Below, one piece after another: positions 12,401-24,400 of a stretch of 64,000 nucleotides of DNA. Made by a program: the position numbers and the translations under genes. Each line of letters begins with the position of its first letter. Within the stretch, counting starts at the first letter, position 1. Under the pieces are notes generated by a model. That model was not told the DNA's origin, did not search any database, and saw only the letters and a program-made list of their open reading frames with translations. The stretch comes from Ruditapes philippinarum (lineage: Eukaryota), in assembly GCF_026571515.1 (NCBI RefSeq), contig NW_026857880.1:1-64000 (forward strand), read 5' to 3'.

Positions 12401-15400
12401 TTAAATTATCAAATTCAAGGACTTTTGAGCACTTTTTTCATTTTTATTTTTAAGCACTTTTGAAGAAAGGGACTCAAAATTAAGCATTTTTTAAGACTGT
12501 ACAACCCTGAATAGCTACATAAAGGTAGAATCTTCACTTACCCTGATAGTACAATAGCTACAGCATCATTGAGAACACTCTCCCCAAACACCAGTGCATA
12601 CAGTGTTACATCCACATTTAAATCATTGAATATCGCCAACACTGTCACTGAAAAACAACAGCAGCAACATTATCTGACAAATGCCACTTTTTAAGGTATC
12701 ACAGATTCAACATAATTTTACATTAATGTCAGGTTTCCTGTATCAAAACATATAATACTTAAACTGGTTAGGTCCACAATGGACACATTTTCTACAATTA
12801 TTTTTCAAAATATTGATAAACAGTAGAAAAGTATCAATCGGACATTCTCATAAAAAGTTATTCATAAATATAAAGTTCTAAGAGATAAAAGTTATAAGTG
12901 ACTTAGAATGAACAGTTATATGATGAATAATAATATTTTATTTCAGAACATTTTATTATCTGCTATATAAATAGATATTATATCAGATCATGTATCTCAC
13001 ACTTGACAACATCTTACATATATGGTTCTTTCGTGGTTTTTTCTTATGCCTGATACTACTTTCCACATAATTATTCATTGTATTGCAGACCTTTCATCAC
13101 AGACCAATTCACTTTAACAAATTTCTTAATCATACATTTGTAACACAAGAGGGTCATGATGGCTCACCTGAATATAAATACTCTTAATTAATATTGTAAA
13201 CTATAAATGAAAGCAGATATAATAATAAAATCTTAATTTCAAACTGATATCAAAAAGTTCATGCTTGCATCTGAAATTGTGCACATGTGAAATAACATTA
13301 CTGGCTGCTATTGTTAAGGGAAAACAATAGTTACTAAATAAGGCACTGGTTGCTATACAAAATCAATGGTTTCCTTGGAAGTCAGTGCCTGCTATAAAAT
13401 TCAATGGTACAATCACTCTTTGCTATGTAAAAAGTCAATGTTTGCAATGACAGTCACTGGTGGTTATGGAAATTTTCAGTTTGCTATGAAAAGTCTATGG
13501 CTGCTATGATATCAATGGCTGCTGTGGAAGTAAATGCTTAGTATATATGGAAACCAATCAGTTGCCATGGAAGTCATCAATTGCCATGGAAAGTCAATGA
13601 ATGCTATGGAAAGTCAATGTTTGCTATGTGAAGTCACTGTTTGCTATGGAAGTTTATGGTTGCTATGGAAAGTCCCTGGTTATTTTAGAAGTCCATGGTT
13701 GCTATGGAAGTCTATGGTTATTATGGTAAGTCACTGGTTGCTATGGAAATCTCTGGTTACTACGTTAAGTCACTGGTTGCTATGGAAGTCACTGGTTGCT
13801 ATAGAAGATACTGGTTACTATTGAAAGTCAATGGCTACAATGGGAGTCAATGGCTACTATAGGTTGCTATGAGAAGTCACATATAAGGAAAATCTATGTA
13901 ATGAAAAAGAAATATGCTTACCAGGATCAGTGGCTGATATAATTGCTCCAAAAAAGAAACAGTCATTCACTGTAAATGTCATAGGCAGAAATCGTGTGAA
14001 TGCAAACATCAAACCACTGTAAATGAATAACAAATATTCTATAATATTACCGTAACCATTAGCTGATTGTCCTTACAAATGACATTTAAACGATGTTACA
14101 AACTTGTATTATTTCAAGGTCATGTTTTAAGGTTGTTTTCTATTTACATAATTATAGCCCTTATCTTGAGCATTTAGTTATATATGTTTACAAAAGTAAG
14201 TAGATCATATAACCTGTCAAAATAATTTATGAATAATAATACAAATCTACATTAAGAGGTTCCATTTACAAATATATTGTATATTGAATAAAACAAATGA
14301 AGTGTATTGGCTACCTACCCAACAGCCATACATGATACAGTTGTTCCAATAAATGCATACATCACAATGGCTCCAAAATTTTTGAAAAAGTGCCTCTAAA
14401 AAATAAATGAAAATATTGTGATATTGTGATAAGGTTGTAATGAATCCAGCTATAAATAACCATAAAATATAAACTTACTTTCTCAGACAATAATAACAAG
14501 ATCTCTAATTAAAAACATCTTATTTCTTAAACAAGAGCTGTCAGTAGGACAGCAACGCTCGACTATTCTTAGTGCTTGATAGTAAAAAAAATGCTTGATA
14601 CAGTTACCTCCTCCTGTTTACAGGTTGGGGTCATGATGGTGAACAAGTGTGCAAAGTTTCAAAGCCATATGTCAATGGACTTTGAAAATATTTGAACTAT
14701 TACAAAAACTTTAACGTAAATTCTAAGTCGAAAAAGGGGCATAATTCTGTCAAAATGCTTGATAGAGTTACCTCCTCCTGTTTACAGGTTGGGGTCATGA
14801 TGTTGAACAAGTGTGCAATGTTTCAAAGCCATATGTCAATGGACTTTGAAAATATTTGAACTATTACAAAAACTTTAACGTAAATTCTAAGTCGAAGAAG
14901 GGGCATAATTCTGTCAAAATGCTTGATAGAGTTACCTCCTCCTGTTTACAGGTTGGGGTCATGATGTTGAACAAGTGTGCAAATTTTCAAAGCCATATGT
15001 CTTTGGACTTTGAAAATATTTGAACTATTACAAAAACTTTAACGTAAATTCTAAGTCGAAAAAGGGGCATAATTCTGTCAAAATGCTTGATAGAGTTACC
15101 TTTTCCTGTCTACAGGTTGGGGTCATGATGGTAAACAAGTGTGCAAAGTTTCAAAGCCATATGTCAATGGACTTTGAAAATATTTGAACTATTACAAAAA
15201 CTTTAACATAAGTGGTTACGCCGACGCGGACGCCGACGCTCGGGTGACTGCAATAGCTCTACTTATTCTTATCGAATAGTCGAGCTAAAAAGGATAACAT
15301 TTGGAAAAGTGATTAGTTTTGTGTTAATCAAGTATGAATTTTCATCTTCCAGTAGCCATAAATGTTCTAAACATGCTAAAGGTAATTTCTTATTGAATGT

Positions 15401-18400
15401 GAAAACTTTGTTTAAACTTAAAACTGTAGTCAAACATTAAAACATGTTATAATACAATGTATAAAAAAAGTTTCTGCAAACTCACTCTTTTCATACTGTA
15501 CCCAGCTTCAAATATAATCACTGGCAAGAATACATTGAAAAATATTTCTGGATCAAATGTTACCTGGAAAAAAAAACACCAGTTTTTATTACAAGGATGA
15601 TGTGCAGAATCCTGTATTGTCACTTAGTGAAGTGACGAATTAACCCATTACAGCACTAAGATGACATTATGTAACAGCTTGGAACTATTTATGTTAATTA
15701 TATTGCAACCTAAAGTCACACAGTTGAATTTTGGAAAAGTGACCTAAAGCCCCATAATAGGCAGACAAAATTTTAATGCTCCCTCAGTTTAATGTGCAAA
15801 ATAATAAAAAAAAAAAAACATATGATAGGTTAATCACATGAATTGTGTATCACACATTTTTTAAGAAGGGGCAGAATAAACATCAACTTCACTCAGAGTC
15901 AGACAAATTTCAACATCTTTTGTTCTCAAACATTTTCATGATAGTTTGTATCAATTACGGATTTTCTACAAACTTATATGCTGTATATTAAAAAGAAACT
16001 ATTTCTATAATTAGATAATATACATATGTATAATGACTTCAGTGCAGATCATGGAAAGAAGATTTTTGGGTTTATTTTTTTATTATGGTTCAAGGTACAT
16101 TGTACCTTATCATACTATGGAATACACTCTTTTAAATATTTTTAAATCTTCATTTTCTTTGCAGTTGTTTTTTTTTTATCATCATCCTTAAAGATCCTGT
16201 AACACAAATTTTTTATGGTTTTAAATCATAAATATGATGCTCAAATTAAGATTTATCGATTTTTTAGGTTCCAAAAGCATTATTTATTAAGATATTACCG
16301 ACTAACATTTCATGCAAATAAAGAGAGGTAATTAGAAATTTATTTTCAATAAAGTTTAATTCAAATTTTACAATAAGAAATGAATGCATATATTTTAATG
16401 ATTACATAAATTATAATATGCACAAATATTTGCAGAACATATTTTACACATTCTTCGATGTTTCAAAATTGTTTTATTTGCATAATTATAATTTATATAC
16501 ATACATGTATATATAATTTCACTTAGTGTGGTTAACCACTTTGATCACAACATACAGGATCTTAAATTCTTGAAAAGTTTTATGTTTAACTGAGTGGCTT
16601 TAGGTCATTTTGCTTTGTTTATAAATTCAAGTGGCTCTTAATTTTATTGTCTTCACACTGTCATGTCCCAATTCTAGTTGAGACTTTTTGGTCATTTTCA
16701 GCTTTCAGAAAAACATGTACTAACATTTATTCCTTTTAACATTTATAAATTCTATAGTTTTGTTTTTCATTTTGCTACTTTATGAATTGTATTTGTTAGG
16801 TTTATATATACTAGTATATAATAAATAATGTTATTTTTATGCCTTACTATGCATTTGTATTTATCTCATAAAATCATTAATTACTTTTATAGCCCTAAGG
16901 GTCTGATAATAATCAAAATTTATGGAAACATTTTTACTTTTTTTAATATATGTGTCTAAATATTCTAAAGGTACTATCTTAGAACAATGTTAAAATTGTT
17001 CTTGGTTGGATGTTGAAATACACTTGTATGTAAAGTAAATCAAGACCATATAATATACCGTATAAGTGGTATTTTCTGCGGGCTCCAAATTCTGCGGTTT
17101 TTCCAAATTTGGACATGTTTTTATTTCTGCGGACTTTATTTCTGCGGCACATTCTTTGGACAATACGTGTTTAAAATTCTGCGGCTCATCTTATCAAAGT
17201 CTTTGTCACATTACATATTTTATTTGCATGTACACATTCGCATTAAAATTTTGTTTATCGTCGTCACCGCAAAACTGTATAGTAATTACAAACAATTATA
17301 TTGTTTGCTTGCAAACAAATACAATGCGCAACTATAGACAGTATGCATTTTAATTCTTTTGATCAGTGCGAAAGGACGGGTGAAAAATATACCCTGGTAG
17401 TATCTTTAATTTAATAAAATTGATAAAAGTTTATCGTAAATCAGACAACAATTAATGTATATGACGATTATTTAGCAGTATAAGGTTTAAAATGGTGTTC
17501 AAACCTTTTAGCGTACAGGCAAACACTTTGATGTTTTAATAATTTTATTCATAAATTGGCATAACTAACAATAGGTACATCCTTACAAGCACATATTACA
17601 TACTTAGCTGAAAGCAATTTTATATAACTCGATGACTCGCTAACCGTTATAACCCGTAGTCGTTATTACTTTAATGGAAACAGGTCATAATGTAGGACAC
17701 TTATTGTTAAAAAAAACAAAACATGGATAAATATTCTGCGGTTTTTATTTCTGCGGTGGTGAAACTGACCGCAGAAAACGCAGAAATAAAGTCACCTCAG
17801 AAAAAACCACTTATACGGTAACATATTAAGATCAATAGATATACAAGTACATACAAGCAACCATTGTAATTCAAAGTAATATAAAATCTAGACAGAGCGA
17901 ATTTTCGTTCATTTAGATGGTAGAATATAAAATTTTGAAAACAACGGAACACTATCTGACTTACTGTTTTTTCAAGTGGAGCCTCTTCCTCTATGTCCGC
18001 TACTATTTTATCTAAAGAATACTTAATAATTTTCTCTTCACTTTTATTATGAACAATATGAGAGAAGTTAACAAAAACTGCCTCTGGAGGATCTGCCTTG
18101 TCATACTTCTGCAACACAGCATGAGCTGTAGATTGAACATTTGGATGACTTGTGTAACGAATTACAGCTCCCACAATCAACCCTGAAACACAGAAAGTAT
18201 CAATTCATTCATATTGTTAATACACAATGGCTCTTAAGTCTTTAATTGACATATATATAAATTAATATTGAAATTTGAATCTGCACATGGCCCATGCAGT
18301 GCCAAGCTGTCCGCTGGATCAAAAGAAATTTATAACAAGCACATATGAAACATTTAACCCCTTGTAATAGACTTTGCCTACTTTCATATTACAAGGAAGT

Positions 18401-21400
18401 CAACTACATTGTAGTCTAGGATTTCATGATATTTATGGATAGTCTAGAGATTTATAGATTTTTCAATCCATAAATTTACAGATATTCAATGTGAAATATG
18501 CTGTTTTGGGTTGAATACTTTAATTTGCAGTATTAGAGGAGATGTTTTATTGATTGTTTTCATTAACAAAGGTAATGAGATAAGTTTCATCTTTATATGA
18601 GGAGTTTGATGACTTTAAATTTTTTGTAAAAAGTGAAAATTGAAAGTCTTCAAATTGCTCTGAATCTTACCATACTGTTGCATTTCATCATATAATCAGT
18701 AACCTTATAATTATATTTAACCTGCAGTTTTGAATTTTAATACAACTTGTACTATTTTCATGCTTAATATCTATAAATTTACTATATAAAAGTCTATAAA
18801 ATTATGGATGGTCCATTACTTTATGAACAGTCTGTATTAAATACATGTACAATGAAATCCTAGACCTGGTCAAAGGCTGGGACTGTGAAGCGGGCCCAGG
18901 TTTTGGCTTGCCCGGCAATACGAAACACATCTATATTTAAAATCAAATAAAAAACAATTAAAAATATATAATTCTATACCTATCAGTGAAATTTTCAGTA
19001 TCATTTCATTTCTAGGTGGGCAACACCGTTTTTTAATGTAACACAATGATAAATAACAGAGGGTACTCTGATAAGGGTGAGAGTGGTTTCGTCGAACTAC
19101 CGGTTCGGCGAACTCACTGGGTTAGTATCTCGAAGCTATGGTTATATTTGCGTTTACGAACGTGCTAACGATTGATGGAGGGTTGCTTAACGAGAGACTA
19201 GCGCGGGTATCTCGAAAGCAGTAGTTAAGCAATCGTTCGTTGCTTACTTGTTAGTTATTAACGATTGCGTTGTGTTATCATTTGAATACATGTACCCGAA
19301 AATTGTGTACAGCTCTTGTTTATATTCACCGAATCATTATTTTGCGTAGACGAAGGTGAATATAAGGTTACAATCATGCTAAACCGGAACACAATCACAC
19401 GACACGTGCAGGATCCGCCGGTCTGTCGTCTAGCAATATAGACTTGTTTTGCGATGAAAATCCCGATTGCCTTGATAATATCAATTGTGATAGTGGTAAA
19501 CCTACGAAAACGGTTCCTTTAAAAAAAGAGAACAGTCATTGGAACTGCCCCTGTTGAAAGTTCCAATGAAACAGGCGTGATTTCTAATTGAGGGGCGGGA
19601 CGGGAACTTAACATAGAAACTGCAAAAAAAAAACGACTGTATATAGAACCGCAGAGATTGAAGATTTAGCAGCAGAGGCTGCCAGTGTAGTCAGATATTT
19701 TAAACTCTTTACATAGTTAAAGCCAATATTCTGGCGGAGCTTCTTCTCAATACCAGTCAAAAAATCTGGGAACAGATAACCATCCCTCATTCTTCAGGCT
19801 ATAGCAACATGTTGTTTTAGGGTGTAAGTATACTGTCAATATTCAAATATGAAAATGTTGCTTTCATTGTTGCTTTCCGTTTGAGTGAAATATGGACTAT
19901 ACTTTCACGAAACATAATGAAATTTTACCCTTTAGACAAACATATGTACAGCAACTCTTTCTAAAACCCCACTTGCTACACAGCTGCAAAGACATCATGC
20001 GCCTAACAATGACGCCATGAGCAAACCAATTACTTCATAAGCATAAATATATATTAAATATGTAAAGTTCATTTTCATTGGATAATCATGACGTTTATAT
20101 TATTAGTTATAAAGATTTTTGACAGCTAATATTGTCCTACATAAACAACTGTTTGGAAATATAACCCGAGCCGCTAGGCGATGGTTATATTGCCTACAAC
20201 CATTTAACATGTCAGGAATATTTATAACGAATTTATAAAACCGCGAACTTCCCTTTTTTTGAGAAAAAAAATTGAGATTTCTTAGAAAATTGCCAGAAAC
20301 AGTGTATATAAAACTATAAAAATGTCACGATTCTCCAATGAAAAGTGACGTGACAAACGTGCAGTATTATAAAATCTTTTATAATACTGCACGTTTGTTA
20401 CTGCAAGTTTGGTACGTCAATTTTAATTGGCGTTTATATACACAGCTGCTGTCAATTTATCAAGAAATCTCTCTTTTTTCTGCAGTATTGTAAATACGTT
20501 ATAAAGATTTTTAACAGGATATATGGCCGATATAATTTTGTTTGCAATATAACTCTCAATTGGCGGCTCGAGTTATCGTTTATATACGGCCATATAACCT
20601 GTCAAAATCTGTATTACTAAATATATACATGGCTGCTGTTAATTAATATGGATAAATTTTCATTTTGTTTTAAACAAAGGATGTTTGCTGTATTATGAAT
20701 TAAAATATAACGAGTTAAATTATAACAACTGGTGTTCGCGAGTGAAATATATGTTAATATAAAATGATAAACAAATAACATTTTCTATATATTACATCCC
20801 TTTTTTGTGGTACCGATTTTTGCAGCTGACGTAATGCACTTTTCTTCATGATGTAATTAATACGTCACAGTTTACTTTTCGAAATATAATTTTGTAACTA
20901 GTTTGAATTTTGTTGAATTTTCAGCATGATGTATGCATATATTTATTTATGTTTTCTTGTGCAAAATTACACATTACGGAGATTATTCCTTTCGCTGTTT
21001 AAGTTATGATATGTTTTTTGTTTCATCCGCATTCAAATATAAGTCTTAAATTAAAATGTAAAGAACCTTTACATATGTTTGATATGTGAGAAAAATTTTG
21101 TTTGTTTGGATTTGGATTTTTACGGGTTGTCAACACATAACTGGCCATATCGTGTCGAATGCTATAATAGGCTTAAAATGTTATGTAAAACTTTGTAAAT
21201 GACAATAAAATGAGCCAATTAGATCCAAGAATACAAGTTTATCTCTTTCAAATAATCAATGATATTTTTTATGGAATTGTATTAAAGAGTTCTTTGAGTG
21301 AATTTACACAATAAAATCTATTACGGGCCTGTGAAAATTCATGAGAAAAAGAAATACAATAGATCTACTATATTTATGTTGGTTCACCATTTTTTATCAA

Positions 21401-24400
21401 TAAAATGATATAATTCTCATTTTTTATGTACTTTAAAATCGCACCTTTCTTACTTTTGTGTCAAAATGATAGTAACGAGAGCCTTACGACACCCTCTAGG
21501 CATCCGTTAATAATTGGGCATGTTAACGATTATTCGTTAATTACGAGAGCGTCGAGATAGCGGTGAAAACCTTAACGAGAGGTATACGATAGTCGTTATG
21601 CTAACGATAGCTTCGAGATACTAACCCCTGATCTTATATAATAAAACAGGTAGTGGTTTCGGCGAACTTAAGTTTTATGGTGCAAACAATATCTATTGTA
21701 TAATGGGCACGCCAATTACTATGGTTTATCACACATTTTCAGGAATTAAAGACAAGATATTGAAAATTAAACCTATTATTTATTATTTTCTTTAGTATAA
21801 ATACTATAATAGTAATATTTACATAAAAGCATTACACAATAGAAAAGAACAACATCATAGAAATATATACACGTTTATAAGTAAAACCTGAAAAAAACAA
21901 AATAATGATTTAAAATTTATAACAAAATATTGATGATTAAAACACTTTATATATATGAACAATGTAGACCTACTTTGCCTTTAATTACTATATACTGTAA
22001 AACACTTATTATTCGCGAGAAATCTATTTTCGCTAATATTCGCAAGTTTTCTAAGACGCGAATTCATGTTTCTCGCGAATATTTCACTTTGTCTATACAC
22101 TTGTCCGAAAATGAACACTATCCGAAAATGCGTACACATGGATATATATCTGCGGGAAAGTATCGAAACCAGTTCTAGTTACATCATGTAGCTATTCAAG
22201 TGTTGCAGCATATACATATCGTACAGATTACTAGTATGAACTATTTACTTGTAACAATTTGGTATTATTGAGGAATTTGACAAAAAAATTCTTCGCTGCA
22301 TATTACCTGTGTCAAGGAAGGTAACTGTGACTTGCACTAGAATTAAGTACAAACAAATAAATGCGTCTCACAAAATTTTAATGGTATTTCTACAGATTGT
22401 TCTAATTGGTACAAATACTTTAGCACCTGCGAGTTGTTTGTAACATTTCTATTTATTGTATCCTATTGTATTGTACTACAGTTTAAGCTGGAGGGTAAAC
22501 ATAATCGTTTACTACAGGTTAGGCAAATTACAGTACCGTTTAATTGATTTTCTTCTGCTTGCCTTTGAATGGCTAATCAGTGAAACTTTAACATAGTGAA
22601 CACATATCAAATAATTATCAAACTTTATTGTCATATTTTTAGACAGACGGTTTCACTTAACAAGAAGATTAGCAAGCTATCAGAAAAATCGATACAGATA
22701 TAAATGCATTTGTCGCACAATAAACGACGCAAAGTTTAAGTGAACGGACAGGACAGAAAATATCCGAATGACATCGGGTTTCCGGTTTCACATTTTTTGG
22801 GAAGACGCGAATTCATGTTGACGGGAAATAATTATTTTGGACATTTTGCCTCAAATTCGCGAAATAAGGTTCTCCCGAAATATAAGTGTTTAACAGTAAC
22901 ATAAGATCGACGAAACCACTTTCGCACCTCTTCATAAATTAAGTTCGCCAAAACGGTAGTTCGACGAAACCACCATAATTGCTCTGATAACAGTCAGAAC
23001 AATTGCAACTTTTCGACTAAAAAATAAATACAGTACAGCTCGCGCGGAATGTACATTTTTTATGCTTCCTCCGCGATCGACGTTTAAGCAAACTCCTTAA
23101 TCCACCGCGTTTTTCTGAGCGTAATCGCGGAGAAACAACCTGGACCACAATCGCGGAGTTTTAGAGAGTGTAAAGGTATTACCGTGGAGATTCTCCAAGA
23201 AAATCACGATTTATAATTTGATATTATATTTTAAAATTATCCCTTTTCATTAAAGTAATTTTCATTTTTCATTAAAGAAACTACATTTGTAATTATCTTA
23301 ATTGTTATTTACTTTTGTTTTGAAATTTGTAGGTCCACTTGATTAATCGATCGTAGTATTTCTTGTGAACAATCTTCTTGAACACCGTACCGCTGAATCA
23401 TGTCTACATCGTATTTTGTTTTTATACTTTATTTGGCATTTTTTGTTGCTGTTTTTAGGACAAGGATACTGTAGGTGTATATAAGTTTTTTTATGTTTTG
23501 AAGCGCATTGGAAATGTTGGCATATGTTGGAAATAGGCCTCGGAGCTAGATATACATGTACTGTAGATATATCCGTTATTTCAATCACCCGTAAATGCAG
23601 AGATTTTTATTACAGATAGCTCTGGTAAATGTGTCAACATGAAAAACTATAACAACCCTATTTATATTTTGTAAAGAAATAAGATCAACAGTTTTGAAAA
23701 TTTGACGTGTACATGTAATACTACACCTATATTGTTTTATATTTTACATGCATGTTTTTTAAAATACGTCGGTCTCCATGCTTTGCTCATGACTTCACAT
23801 ATTTAATTTGGTCAACAACACAAATTATAAAGTTTCTTTTTCTTTAAGATTTTAAAGTTTATAAGACATTGGTTACCTGTTTATATACATGTAGTTCTTG
23901 ACCTATACGTTTCCCAACGCGTACACGATGTCTATTTCAAATGTCCACAAATTTGTACAACAAAACTAGTACGTCCTCACTGATAATTTTATGTGTCAAC
24001 AGCGAAAATTATAATGTCTTCACCTTTTACAATTCTCTATAATAATTTACGATACAATATATCTGTGTTTTATACAGTTTCTCTTCTCAATATAAATGTA
24101 TACACACTGGTGAAAAACTATACCGACTTCATTTTCAATAAATAAGATTGAACGTTCTTTTTTCTCATTTAGTGTATAATGATATTGGTTTCAAAATACT
24201 TTTTATTCTATCAATCATTTATAATCATAAACGTTTTTTTTCCAGCAAGATGACCATGCATGGAAGATTTCAAGAGTTTCCAGAGACGATGTGCCTTATC
24301 TAAATAACTTCTTACTTGAAGTATAACTAATATATAATATTTGTTCTACAAAGGTTGACAAATAAAAGAAGTGAACAAAGAATATTATGAATGTTATACT

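Larger units (their letters stand above)
19075..22981. mobile_element. Composite element with a 9-bp TSD (Mutator-like length) carrying nested insertions
   Basis: CTCTGATAA at 19066-19074 and 22982-22990; subterminal inverted repeat gtggtttcgtcgaactaccg / cggtagttcgacgaaaccac. Confidence 0.8.

Noticed and set aside
13534-13824. 96-aa ORF with repeated SLWLLWK
   Set aside because: It is a translation of the 19-20-bp minisatellite, antisense within an NHE intron.
13340-13880. GTTGCYATGG repeats as an RFX X-box cluster
   Set aside because: Only partial matches inside a dispersed minisatellite that recurs elsewhere; no evidence of regulatory function.
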